Part shown: piece after piece, positions 1-14,000 of the stretch
How positions within the stretch are numbered: the first letter of the stretch is position 1
How the letters are laid out: every line of letters begins with the position of its first letter
Assembly: GCA_964187785.1 (NCBI GenBank)
Contig: OZ076409.1
Span: 25,794,001 to 25,858,000, forward strand
Direction: 5' to 3'
Origin: Amphiscolops sp. MND2022
Taxonomy: Eukaryota
Length of the DNA: 64,000 nt
Position numbers and translations under genes: made by a program
The notes under the pieces: generated by a model
Database searches by the model: none
What the model was told of the DNA's origin: nothing
The model's input: the letters and a program-made list of their open reading frames with translations, nothing else

Positions 1-1858
1 GACGTTCAACAAGGAACAAATTCGTTGTCAGAGAGGTTTTTGTGAAGAAGTAGACAAAGTTTTCTACTGAAAAAAAACGCACAATTTGCGACCAAAAATG
101 ACGAAAAATTCAAAATGTACCAATTTTTCACCTTTTTCTGCAACTTTTGTAAAATTTCTAGAGATTTCGTGGATCAAAACGTTGAATACGATCAACAGCG
201 AATGATTTTTTTGTCCAATAGGGTCGTTTGCGGAGATAAATGCATTTTTGTAAAAAAAATTGCAACAAGGACCACGAAACAGTCAACACATCCTACTTTT
301 TTACATTTTTGTATTCTCCAACGCAACTTTTGTAAAAACTTCAACCTTTTCATGGATCAAAACTCTGAAACGGTTCAAAAACAACTGAAGGTGTTCTCCT
401 GTAGGCTTTTTGATGGGATATGTGCCAGTTTCTGATAAAAAATTAAGCTTCAATTTGACACAAAAATTGTCGAAAAGACCTAAAAAGTCCAGTTTATGTA
501 CGTTGTTCATGTTATTTGAGTATCATTTTTGAGAATATTGGTAAGTTAGATGATTCAAAACATTCCGAGGTGATCGAATTAGGTTTGTAGTTTCCTTTCT
601 GATGAGAAAATTACAGTGTTTTACATCAGAAATTTTTTAAGTTTGTCGTTTTTCCTGCAGTTTGTGCTCAATTTTTGAAAGTTTCTGTGATCAAGAAAGT
701 TCAAAACACTCAAAAACAATGAAACTAGCTACGCAGTATGCTATTTTGAAGAGAGTTGCAGTATTTAGCTTCGAAAGTACTTCAAGAGTGGCCCTGATTA
801 GTCCGATATAAAAAGTCTGAATTCAACGTTTCTTATACAAAGTTCCGAATTTTTTTGAAAAGTTACCATGTTGGAAGAAGAAAAATCCTCAAAAGCGAAT
901 GAATGCGTTGTTCAGTAGGTTTTTTGCAAGTGAATTGCAGTTTCACGTTAGAAAGGAGCCTCAAAATGACCCCAAAACAGTCGAAAAAAGTTTTGCCAGT
1001 TGTTTGACAAATTAGTGAATTTCTATTGAAAGTTACCAAACTTTCGTAATATTCTAAAAATCTAATTTCTTTGAGTAGGCATGCAGAATGTCCAAAAAAG
1101 AAATCTACAATTGTGTATGCAAAAAGTTCGTCACAATGACTTGAACTTTAGCGAAAATCCGTTTTTTTGTTTTTGAAATGTTGATATACTTTTATGTAAA
1201 CGTTTCGAGCAATTTTGTAATTCAAGAATGGTGGACCCGTTATCCAAAACGCGTTTTTGAAAAGACATCTACAGTTTCTTATAAAAGTTCCTCAAATGAC
1301 CGCAAAGTTGTCGAAAAGCAAATTTCCACAATTTTTGACATTTTTGGCAACTTCACGCAAATTTAAAGAAAATTTGATTGGTTAGGTTACACACAATCTG
1401 ACGAAAAAACAAATAGGTGTTTGGTGTCTTAAAGTGTTTCCTTCTGAAATGGCATAACATTATTCAAAAAGTGTCAAACCTTTTTCCATCAAACCTCTAA
1501 GCGTTTTCATAGTGTAATGGCTACTCTTGAGTCTCGAAAATATGAGTCTCAAAAACCTACACAAACAGTTTGCACGGAAAATATCCTGCTGGTCAGCGGG
1601 CGTCTTGTTATACACTAGAAAGCTTTACATATCTCGCATTTGTAATTCTTTTACGCTATTTGTATATTTTATAAAGGATTTTCCCAAAGTTTCATACTTT
1701 TTTAAATGTGAAAACACTAATTAGAACTAGATCTCCAGATGGAAAATTTTTTTGTACAATTGTTTTTTGTTTACTTATTTTTATCTTCCATTTGTGAAAT
1801 CCTTTTGTAGAATTCATGAACCCTAGATAAATCAGGTTACTTGCAGATGATAATTAAC

Positions 1859-2009
1859 CTGAAGAGGTCTTTCATGAGGTCACTGATGATTATCCCCCAA
1901 GGGCCAAACATGTGGTGGAAGGTCAAGAACTCGAGTATTTGCACGAAGCAGCACAAGAGTACACATCCCAGGATCTGGTTGCGGATGTAGATCATGTTGT
2001 ATCGGTTCT
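1859..2009 (-). CDS. nompC: TRPN exon (S4 and S4-S5 linker; YIRNQ...HHMFGPWGIIISDLMKDLFR)
   Basis: accacag/gttaat, 151 nt, phase 1/2; translated by hand. Confidence 0.92.
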
Positions 2010-5000
2010 CTGTGGTTGTAAATACAAAAGATTAACATTACTTTGTTTGAAAAGGTTCATTCGTGTGGGCTGTCAGAGCTTTTTGGAAGTCAGAGGAACA
2101 AAACGACAAAACGACAATTATAAAATGTTATGTATGAAGAAACTGAAGTTTTCTGTGATTTCAAAAGAGGGTTCCAGAAGGGATCCCAAAAATTGAAGGC
2201 AAGCTCAGACAATTGCCATTGCGAAACTCCCATTTTTTGTTGAATTCGATAAACTTGTTGACTCCTGCTCTGTAAAGTTGCAGAGTTGCAGAGTTGCAAA
2301 GTATATTTTCTGAAGACTGGTAAAAGTACAAAATCTTAATTGATAAATATGTCTGAAAAACAAATTATGAACTCGTGGCAAACTTTATCTCTTCGCGGAC
2401 AGTGTCCTTCGAGTTCAAAAGATTTTATAACATTGAAATGGATAACTGAATTACCATCATCTGCCATTGAGAAGGCTGCCAAGTGGATTAAGACTGAGAT
2501 GCAACCCAGAAGGAGAACCACGATATTTAGGATCCCAAGTCCACCTTTGTCTGATGGGTGCAGCAACTCCGAAAGAACGAGTCCACAGAAAAACGCCACT
2601 GAAAAAGAAATCACTTGATCACAGGTTACAAAGTCATCAAGTTAACTTGATATCACCAAATACTTAATCGCATATAAGATCTTTTATTAGAAGTAGTCAG
2701 AACAATACCCTGTCTACAAAGTTGCTCATCACGGGGTTTAATTGCGCCAATTTCTAAAATCTCTTTCAACTCCCATTATTAGACTCAATATACTATTGAC
2801 GCAATTGTATCCTGCTCTAGTAGTTTCCACTCTTTTGAACCCAAAGAAAATCTCTTGGTTCCGAATTGCACTTTGTGGAATTACCCTCCATGGTGGATAG
2901 CGTTGGATGTCGCAGTGAAAAACAATTCAACAAACTGCGACTAACAGTTTTTGCAAATTGTTTGCTATCAACACATGTTAGAATTAAGAATGGTGAAACA
3001 AAGCACCAACCGATGAGCCATTCACTCCATTTGGGCATCAAGATTGAATCCCCCTCGAATGCCTGGACCCTGAATGCCACCGCCACAGTCAGCAGCGTTA
3101 TGAAGTAAATGTGACTGTAGAAGCACAGGAATGATGAAACATGTTTTCACTGTAAATGTCAACTAGTTTCCTTGATCTTTCGATGCATGATCATGAGTTG
3201 TCATGCTTTATGTAGACTTAGTGGTTTGTCTAACATTTCCAGAAATTGTTATATTGCCGAAAAACAGAGTACCATATCTTATTCTTGGCTTAAAACTTTT
3301 CAATTCGTCGGCAATGTCACCAAATATCAGGCCCACAAAATCGGATTTTTTGGCATCGGAATTGATCACTATCAAATATTTCATCCGATTGATTTAGAAT
3401 CGCAACTTTTTGCGCGAAGACGAGAAATTTCAATTGATAGATCATGACTTGCAAACGTTCGCGGTGCTCTCAAAATCAACAACTTGAGTAGGAAGTTTGC
3501 GATGACCAAATTTGTATAAAAAAATGAAGAACTAACTAAAACTCCTGCCTTGTATCCATTTGATTGGTGCGATAAACAGATATAAAGAAATCTCTACTCA
3601 ACATTAATTCTAAGCATAGCACAAAAATTAATTATTCAACATCCCTGGTGATGTAAAGCAGCATCTTGACAAATGGGATCCTGTTGATCTTGATCCACTT
3701 GAGGGGCAGACAGAGAACTACAAAAACAGGGGGTATGATCACGGCCACAAGCAGAAGTAGCATGTGCCACGTCTCCATGGCGTACTGTCCCATCCACACA
3801 TCGGACAGGTACTGCTGGATAGAAGCATGGGCGACCACCTCTTTTTGTTCACACTCTATCATCACGTCCAACATGCTCACCCCGTGAAGGTCCTCAGACT
3901 AGAAGAATGGCGCAAAAAGAGATAAAAACTGATAAAAACTTTGCCTTTTTTTACAAAAGTGACCCTAATTTCTTCATTTATTATTGGTTGTACAATTTAT
4001 ATGAACGTTTTTCGGCAAGTGCTAAACCGAAGATTGGGTATCTGTCAATAGAAATTCTTGTGTGTCATTGTAAAACTCGATCATTGTCGCGCCCCCACTT
4101 GGGCCTGCTTTGAAGGACCTTGAGAGATAGATGGCTGACTCTCATTACTAGTTTTGTCAATAACTGCCATCATCAAATCCTTCAGTTGACTAAATTCTAA
4201 ATGTAATTCATTGATTTTGCGTTCATAATTTTCTTTCATTTCAGATAACTGAGAAAAGATATCAGAATTGTCATTGGCGTCAGAGTCATTCGGGTTCGAT
4301 TGTGCCATGTTCGAGTCTTCTGGAGCGTTCATTTCAGATGGAGAGTCAATATTTTGCCGTTTCTGAGTACTGTACCTTGACTTAGACTCATATAATCGAG
4401 TGAAAACTATTTGTGAGTGAAGACTGGATTATTGAGATGTTTTAAGGATGTACTTTGTTGTTTATAGTTCAATGTCAGATTCCAAAATTCACTAATTCTG
4501 AACTGAGATGTTTTATAGATGAAGTTTACAGGAAGATTGAGTATTCAGCGCGTAATATAAATCAGAGAAAAGTATTCGAGGAAGTCATCCAATTCTCATC
4601 GTAGTGAAGATTTACCAAAAAGATTATTCAGAAAGGTTGCGTTATCGTTTCTGTAGATGAAATGTAGATGGTTTTCTAGTTACTTTTGACATAAATTGAT
4701 CAAATGAACGGTGGCTTGTCGCAATCTCTCTCTAAACATTCTCTAATGGCGGCTCCAGCTACAGCAGTTCACGTGTTTTTTCTGGTTGGTAAGACGCTAA
4801 ATCTTTTACCAACCTTCTTTCATTGGCCGTTGCCTGTTGGTGCTAATTGGTAAGTCACGTGACCGGTGTTGCGAACCGCCGCAGGGTGGCCGCACATCAT
4901 GGTAAATCTACATATATGCAAATAGCAGTGAATCATCAACTTTACAGTGTCGCAATTGCCTGCACAATAACAATGGTTGCTGTAGAGACAGAAACAGGAT

Positions 5001-8000
5001 GAATGCATTCACTATTACACTAATTTCAGGTCAAATTAAGACAAAATACATTGCGAGATGGGAAAACGATGTTTTCCGACTAATAATAGCACTAATAGAT
5101 GATGTTTCGCACGCGAAGATGAAAATGCGATGAAAACATTGGAATATTTACTAATTCCAAGTCTGGTTTAGCTCAGGATGAAAATGTGATGAATTGCAGT
5201 CATTCTCGCTCAAAAAACAGCACAATATAAAATTACGATGACAAAGAGATGAACTCCCTCCGTTATTTGCTATTTCCAGCACGAACTAAAGTATCGATGA
5301 ATTAGGGATGAATTTACTCAACAAAACTGATAATCCAGCACAGTCACTCTTTTAGGATGAATTAAAGATGTACTTTCTCATTTCCTCTTTCTCTATAGTT
5401 TTTCACGATGGATAAGCGATGAGTTGCTTGTCTTAAGAAATGAGAAGCACATTTGAAATTTCCAAGTATACTTTGACGATGAATTTAGGATGAACTAGTG
5501 AAATTAAAGTCCCGTAAAATCCGCTGATGGATTGATGATGAAATAAGTAAAAGTCCCACAATTAGTTCTTTCGCAACTCTGGGGATGAGATTGCGATGAA
5601 CTATGTTAAAATAGCGTCAGTAAATCCGCTGATGGATTCAGAGTAAGTTATCACAAACAAATTGATTTCACCGGTTAATCCGCTGATGGATTAACGATGA
5701 ACTTTAGGAAAAGTATCGTCACGACTATAGTCCTGAGGCGGGGAGCATGTAGAAGTAACGTGCTTCATCTCTTTTATATCTCTCGGTCCAGTCTGACCGT
5801 AAAACTTCTCTCCCTTGTCGTGACAAGCCAATATTCAAAGAAATATAGCACCTTATGGCTATAGGCAAGATCATTTATGCGGACACCGGAACTAGAGCGT
5901 TCAGTATTAAAAATATATATAACTTACACTCAGGGGGGAAAGGGATTCAAGTACAAGTAACGTAGGGTTGCTCACAACCATAGCTTTTCTTATATGACTT
6001 CATATTGCCCACATATCTAAGTACATAAGACATAGTTTTTACATTACAGATATTTAGTAAACTATATTTCCATCATGCTGGCATGACAATCATTTTCAGC
6101 TAACAACAGTTTCATTGATATAGTTTCTCTTTGAAATATACCCACTCTACATATTAGGGTCCAAAGTATTGATACCAAGGGGTTTTTTCAAAAGTGAGGC
6201 CATAACCGCGTTCGCGCCTAATTTTTATCTTAAAGTTAACATTTTTCACTATTAAAGATGATTGTTTTACTGAATTTGTAATCGAAGAGGGACTTTGATG
6301 ACTCACTTTGACAATTTTGGTGGTAGCATCGGACGTGGTGGAGCTGACAGCTGTCAAATCAACTGCCATCTTCTGGCAGAACTTGCTGGCTATGAACAAG
6401 TCTTTAGCCCTGTCCACCCTCACTGCCGACTGCTCCATGTAGTTAGCGGCCAGCTTCACGGCTATCTCCAGGGGGGCGGGAGACCACAGGATGAAATCCC
6501 TCACCATGTTGTGGGTGTCCTCCGAATCCCCGCACAAAATCAGGTCGAAGATGAACTGAAAACACACACACTTCAATGGAATTTTTAGAGTTGGTTAGAG
6601 TTGGGGGTATCTGGTCGAGATCTTCAGACGGGCCCTAATAAAATATCAATATCAAGATCTACTTGACTTATAAATGATTTTGAACCCGTGAAACAATTCC
6701 GTCTCATTCAAGTACCAATTGCATATGATCGTGGACCTGTGATACAATGAATATTGACTGCAATACTTGTAAAAACCGGCATTTTTAAAACACTCTGGTG
6801 TTCAACATTTGCTTGTAAAGTATATTGAAGGAATTGAAAAGTATTTGATTAATTGTTTAATTAAATGTTTCGTTTCTAATGTGATATTTTGTTCACGTTG
6901 TTCACTTTACCCTATTGTCAGCGATGAGTTTGTGTGAGTTGTGTTCCTTCTTCATGAGGTACTGCAGCGCCTCTTGATGGTTGTTGGCGGCGGCATAGCA
7001 GATGGGCTGTTTCAGGTCACTTGTCTCTACCAGGGCACTAGCCCCGTTCTGGATCAATGTCTGGATCACTGCTTGGTGGCCCGCCTTGGCTGCAAAATGC
7101 AGGGGCGCCCAGTGAGCCTGCAATTGGAACCATTGTTAAGTATTTTATCCTAACTGTTTATCGTTTCGACTAAAAATTTACTATTCTGACATTTTTTGAA
7201 ATAAATTTTTAAATTTTTAAATTTTTCATTTGCTCTTTGATTATCGAGTATGCATTATGGGTAGCGATATTTTGTGGTTTCTAGTCGGCGCTTCATGAAA
7301 TGAAACGCGAATATTATAGTGACTTTTTTCAATCCACGCAAACTGTCCAAAATAGTTCTACAAAGTTCTACAAAAATTTTATGGTGTCAAATTGAACCAT
7401 ACCTAGGGAACTGAACCAAAAAGATTTTTTTCCTTTTTTTGCGTGTAACATATTATAGAGGGCGAGACTAAAGGGCCCCTTTCAGTTACTTTCGGCATTG
7501 TGAAACTTTTTTGAACAATTTTTGCCCAAAGTGCCCCTTCAATTTTTTGATGTTTTGCAACAAGGGTTTTTCGGGTACTATAAAAGAATACTTGACACTT
7601 TGAAGTCCTTTTGCAATTTTTGAGCATTAGATATGGCGCCGACTTATGCTGTTCCCGGCTTGTTTGAATTACATTGTCAAAGATGTTTTAAGCCTTTAGG
7701 TATACTTTTTAGTCTATGTAAAAGATAGACTATGTAAAGTTTCTTTCGTATTGCAATTTAAAAGTTCGCTTTTATTGGGGTTTTTCAGATACACCCAGCC
7801 CGGTGTGAAATAGAAACTGATGCCCTGGTTGAAAATAGATACAATTCTTGAAAGATTCTTGCAAGATCTTGACAAAAAATACAAATCTTACAAGATTCTG
7901 GCAGAAAATACATTTCTTGCAAGAACCTGACAGAAAAATCTTTCTTGTAAGATTCTTGCAAGAAATACTTTTTCTGTCATCAGATTCTTGCAAGAAATAC

Positions 8001-11000
8001 ATCAAGGCGAGAGCAAACTTTTTTCGTCAAAAAATTCACTAAAAATGGCCAACACGGGCACCGGAGAGTTTCTTGTCCATTTTCGCTTCTAGAGAGAGAC
8101 AAACACAGACACAATCACTGGTGAAAGTTTCCTTTCTTAGATAAAAGGCGCTTTAGGAGCAAAAGAACCCAGAAGTTACAGTTACTAAGTTGTAATACAG
8201 TCGACCTTTCCAGGGAAAAAGCACGGCTCTTGCAGTGACTAGTTTTTTCTCCAGTGTTTTTGATCAGTGCACTAAAAACGAAAAAAAATCAATGGAACTG
8301 ACAAAACACGGAGTTGATAGAAAATTGCAAAGCACCGGCACTAAAATTCTGAAAAAGTACCCACGAAAAAAAATGCCATACGGTTGTCTTTCTGTCGAAC
8401 TAGAATATCAAAGGCACGAGGCTGAAGCATGCTACGAGGACTTTTTGGAACATGCTGAAAACAATCTAGAAATTGCATATCTTGCAAGAATCTTGCAAGA
8501 GAAATGTTTGTCTTGCAAGAATCTTGCAGGCTAAAGTTTCATCTTGCAAGATTCTTGCAAGATTTGTATTTTTTTCAACTAGGGTGATCAATGACATTTT
8601 GAACAGGCATTTTTGAAATTTCAGATTTTCTTTTACATTACTTATCTATCGGAACCATAAATTATCAGAGAATTCAGAAACTGTCAATCAATTATCAACC
8701 AATTTGGAATAGTAACATTCATTGGAGAACAAATATAGTATTGTATGTCTTGACATACGCAGAAATGTGTTCTCAAAGTAACCAATGAGATGTCAAAGAA
8801 ATGACAAATGTTAGAATGATTACGTCATCGGTGCGGTTGACGTCAGCGCCCTGACCAATGAGGAGAGTGACGAGACTGGTGTGTCCGTTGGCAGCCGCCA
8901 TGTGCAAAGCAGTCCTCCCTCTGTTGTCGACGACCCCGAGAAGAGAATCGTGTTTGGACAACATCAGACCAATCACAGACGAGTGACCCTGCTGAGCAGC
9001 CAGGTGAAGGGGTGTCGTGCCCTGGATAATGATATGAAAACAATCATGCATCAACGTCGATCAAGTATTAGTTAGAAACCCATGGTTGCAACTGAGACCC
9101 CATTGATGTTATGAGTGCAATCCCGCAAAACCCATCGAAGGAATTACATAATTCAGTCTGTTTGAACGAATGAAGTGAACTCTCCTGCTTACTTAGTAAG
9201 GTAAATAGTTGAAAATTAAATTTTTGGACCATGTTTCTTATAATCAACCCGAATAGAAGTCATTTTAATGATATCGATTCTATGAAAAAATTCTCAAATG
9301 ACGGAAAAGTTCAACCATATGTGAGCAATCTTCTAATATTGACTTAAATTTCAAAATATTGGGAGATCGGTCATCCGAAATAAATGAATGTGGTTTGCTC
9401 GAGATATCAGCAGAATGTGAACTCTACACTTAATACTACTTAGCTTCTCCGGGTGTCATTTTTTTCATACCAATATGACACATTCTCGCTGCAGGTAAAT
9501 ATTATGGAGCCACAAATGGAACGCTCTCATGAACGACAGCCCGCCCAAGTCCTCGTTAGAACCTGCTCTACAGAAGAGGTGTTTGGGGGTTGTTAATCAT
9601 AAGATTCGATTGACGAACAAACAAAAGACGCAACGCTTGACCTGAGGCATAGCAACACCTTGATAACTGAAAAACAAGCAAAAGTCAAGTCAAGTAATGA
9701 AGTGAACATCGCGGAAGACCTTCGCTCCGCCTTCAGCATTACTGACTACGGAATCAACTGAAAACAATGCACTCCAATTTGGTTGTGTAAAGTTCGAAGT
9801 GTGTAAAGTTCGATAACTTGTCGAATGTTCATTATTTCATGTTCAAGTGCTATCATACGTGGATTCTTGATTGATTGGCTTTCAGATTCGATGAAATTAA
9901 AATTTAAAATGATTGAATTTGATAAAGTTAATTTTGGCAATTTTTACAATTTCTCATGTCTTTTTAGTCGGCGCTTTATTCTTTTAAGGAAAAATGCCCG
10001 AATATAGCAGTGACCTTTTTTAGTCGGCGCTTTATCCTTTTAAGGAAAAATACCCGACTGTAGCAGTGACCTTTTTTTAGTCGGCGCTTTATCCTTTTAA
10101 GGAAAAATACCCGACTGTAGCAGTGACCTTTTTTTTCTTCAGACTACAATCCTCACACTGATCGGTCCACTTTTTAGAAACAATCCTGAAACCACCTAAG
10201 GCCGAGGCAAACTTGGTCCAAAGGGTCCCGCTTTCATTTTTTACTTTGTCAAGGAAACCTACAAAGTCGGACGTGCCTAGAGGGTCCCCCCTTTGGATTT
10301 TTTTGGCACTGTGCGACATTTTTTCGAAAATTTTTTCATGTCCCCAAAGGGTCCCCCTTCGAGTTTTTTTTGAAATTTTGCAACAGAATGTATGTTAATA
10401 AATCCAAAAGGGTCCCCCTTTTACATTTTTCGGCACTATGCGACATTTTTTGAGAGAAAAAAATCAAAAATTTCTTCCAAAAAAATTCCAAAAAAATGTT
10501 TTGCGCTTTTTGAGACTTAGATATAGCGCCGACTTTAGACGTTCTCGTCTTGTTATTCGGTACTTTATGAAATTATTCGCTACTATTCTACTTACTTTCC
10601 GTCGTGTTTTTAGTCGGCGTTTTCGAAGAAAATCCCGACTCTTACAGTGGCTAGTTTTTTTTTTTCGTCAGTTCAACGCGTACGTCCACTTTTTGTGCAT
10701 TAATCCAATTAATGCACATTTACCAACTTTTACCATATGTACTTAGTACATCCAAAGCGTCAAACATGAGATGAAAAGCGTCCCCCCTTTTACATTTTTC
10801 GGCACTATGCGACTTACCGGAAACTTCGAAAAAAATTTTCAAAAAAAAAATTTTTCTCAATTTTTAGTTTTTTGAGAGCTTTTGTTGTTTTTTCTTAAAA
10901 GGGTCCCCAATTCACCAATATTTTGACATTTTGAAGTCCTGCTATTTTTGAGCCTTAGATATGGCGCCGACTTGGGCCGTTCCCGGCTTGTTTTCTTGTC

Positions 11001-14000
11001 GAAGTGACCATTTCGTGCCAAATGCCAAAATCCAAAAGTTCTACAAGATGGCAATTTTGTCGGAAGGGTCTCGGCAATTGCATTTTCACATACTTACTCG
11101 GACTCGGATCGGATTAAAAGTGTTATTTTTGGAACTGTGCGACTTTTTTCGAAAAACAATCAATTTTCAAGAAGAACACATCTTCTGGTTTTTTGAATAG
11201 TAAAAAGCACTTTTAAGCCCAAATGGTCCACTCTTTGGGTTTTTTTCGACACTGTGCAATTTTTTTTGAAATATGGGCGGAAAAAACAAAAGCAATTGAG
11301 TCTCAAAAAGCAGAGAGAAGGAGCAACTCCCTTAATGCAATAAACCATACGAGTAATTTAATATAACTGAAGTACCAATACATAGGAAAATACCAACATT
11401 GATGGCTGTGTGACATTCGGGCTGGACGCCAGTGGAATTGAGCAAGATTCGAACCACGTTCTCATGACCACGTTGTGCCGCTAGATGGAGAGGAGAGAAG
11501 CCGTACTCAGAGTCTGCATTTGCAGAAGCCGAACTAAAAATTGCCCCAAAACGAACAGTAGCCCCGGGTTCCATTCCTGCAGGAGGAGCACTCACTTGTT
11601 GCCCGTTAACCTGTGTGAGAAGATAAAATTTGGTAAACCAGATGAAAGGCAATCTTTAGTAGGAATGGTTAGCTGCTTAAATTGTAACATTTTTAAACTT
11701 CAAAAGAGTTCTTTCGAAATGAAAAAACTTTCCCTTTTTAAAAAATATTATGCGGTACAGTTCAAACTAATTTTTTTCCGAAAGCAAATGATAAGGAAAG
11801 CACAATCATGTATTATCCATTTAAGAATCAAGGACTGTGAGAATAATTCGATCGTTTTCCAAACCCAACGCTCTGCTCATAGAGTGAAGAATATGGTTTC
11901 CCGTACTGGGATCCCATCGCAGTTCATCGATGGTCATCGCAGTCCCATTGATGGCCATCGATGGGCTTTTGTGAAGGATGATCCCGTCGATGAAAATCGA
12001 AATTTTTTGATCACAAAAATTCGTTCGAAGCGGCCATATTCAAAATTTCGGCGGGTTCTATACATTCAACCAAAACTGTAGTTTTTCACGTCTTTTAGAC
12101 CTGAAAACTGCAATCTTGGTTGAAAAACAGTTTAAATACTCAAATCTTCTGATCGGGCATCGTTGTATCTGAAGATTTTCCGTTTTCGATACAATTTCGC
12201 CCTAAATTTGATGGATCTCAAAGCTGAACTGAACTATGTGGCGAAACTGCATTATGTGGCGACCGGAAACTTTTCGGACGTCACCACTGCTGCTAGTTTA
12301 GCAACAACCAATCGAAAAGAACCAATGTCTAGGCAAAAAAAATCGAAATTAGTGATTTTCAGGCGCGATAAAGCTTAGATAGGCTGAAAAGGGAATGTCA
12401 GTTGGTTAAAATTAGAAATTTCCATTTCTAAAAGGCTCCCAAGGGCCACAACGAGTTGGGTCATAATTGAAATCTATCGATAGCCATCGATGGTTCAATG
12501 ATGCCCATTGGGAAAAATTGCGATGGCAATCGATGGGATTGAATGGAATAACTTGTAAACAATTTATAATTGTCTGAATTGCATATATAACTTTTTGATA
12601 TGTAATATACGAATTATACATCAATTCAAAAATTGTTTCAGTTATTACGTTCTGTAGTAACTCTTGGACGAACTCTGCTTGGCCGAAAAATGCGGCAACA
12701 TGGATTCCAGTCATTCCAGTTATCTTGCTACAGTAGTTCAAGGGCACTCTGGCTACTTTTAGAGCCTCCAGCACTGACAGGTGTCCATACTGGGCTGCCA
12801 AGTGCAGGGGAGTCAGCCCCTCCTGGAAAAAAAAGGATTAGACAGGGATCAACTGCCAAGAAAAATACAATTTTGTCTGCAAGCATAGCTGAGCATATTA
12901 CAAAAACTCTCGTAAAGTTGAATGCACATTCGATTGCATAAATATATTTGTTGAAACCATATATCTAATTTTTGAGACAAAATTGCCCTAGATATGCAAC
13001 TCAATTCTCTAGTGAATTGTTTTGCTATGATTTGATCGCAAAATTACTACCTCGAAAAAAATATTCCACACTCATTAATTGATACATATTGAGAAACAAA
13101 GCCGTCTTGTCATTATTCAAGGTGAATAATTACGTCATTTTCCTCCAGTGGGTTGGCGCCATTCTCAATCAAAATCTTCACTATTTGTCCGTAGCCTCCC
13201 GCGGCCGCTAGATGGAGACAAGTCGACCCAGACACCTACAAAAGGTAATTGTAATTGTTCGGCGAAACCAAAAACATCACTTCATTCTTTTAAAAAGTCT
13301 CATTCAAGGTTGAATCTCAGTTCAAGATTTTGAAATCCTTATAAATGTACCAAGAACATGAATGATTTGTATATTTTTCAGTGAATGAGTATATTCAGTT
13401 TTTCAAAGATCGGTTGATTTATACTTGAAATTGTATACGTCAAAGTTCTGTAACTCAAAAAGGAGGTTAACATACCAGGTTGTCTTACATGCATTTCGGA
13501 CAATTTACTTACGCTTGGGCTTTGATATTCGAGTGAAAAAATCATACATGCACTTTTGTTATGTGTAACCTACTGCAAGAACCCAAAAAACGATAGCCCT
13601 AGTAGCCAACAAGATGCTAAAACATTCCCTATTCTCATTTTTCACTTGTCAATCATTCAGAACAGTGCCACTTTTTAAAACAAAATCACACAGAATTGAC
13701 TGCTGATTTAAACTGGAATAAAAAACGCGCTGCTCAAATCGTACTTTTTTCTTTCACAAGCTGTTTAAAACCAAAATTAGCGTTTTTCAATTAGCACCTC
13801 AGTTCAGACTCACTCTGTATTAGAGCACACATTTTGTTGTTCTGTTTACTCACATTTAAATCTGGATTTGAGCAAAGAAAAAATACAGTAGGCTACCAAA
13901 AGTTTACGCACACCAATTTTCTTTCGATCAATGCGGTAAACAAAAAATGAAGTTCATGATCACAAAACTTTTTTGCGTGAACTTTGTATACATATACCGG

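Noticed and set aside
1..1500. Diverged repeat resembling about 29040-30860
   Set aside because: Shared motifs are visible (e.g. tagctaYgcagtatg at about 726 and 29823), but I could not define boundaries or class by eye.
5057..5699. Roughly 60-bp-period array as a CRISPR locus
   Set aside because: The conserved part is only two 4-bp words, and it lies inside a TSD-flanked solo LTR.
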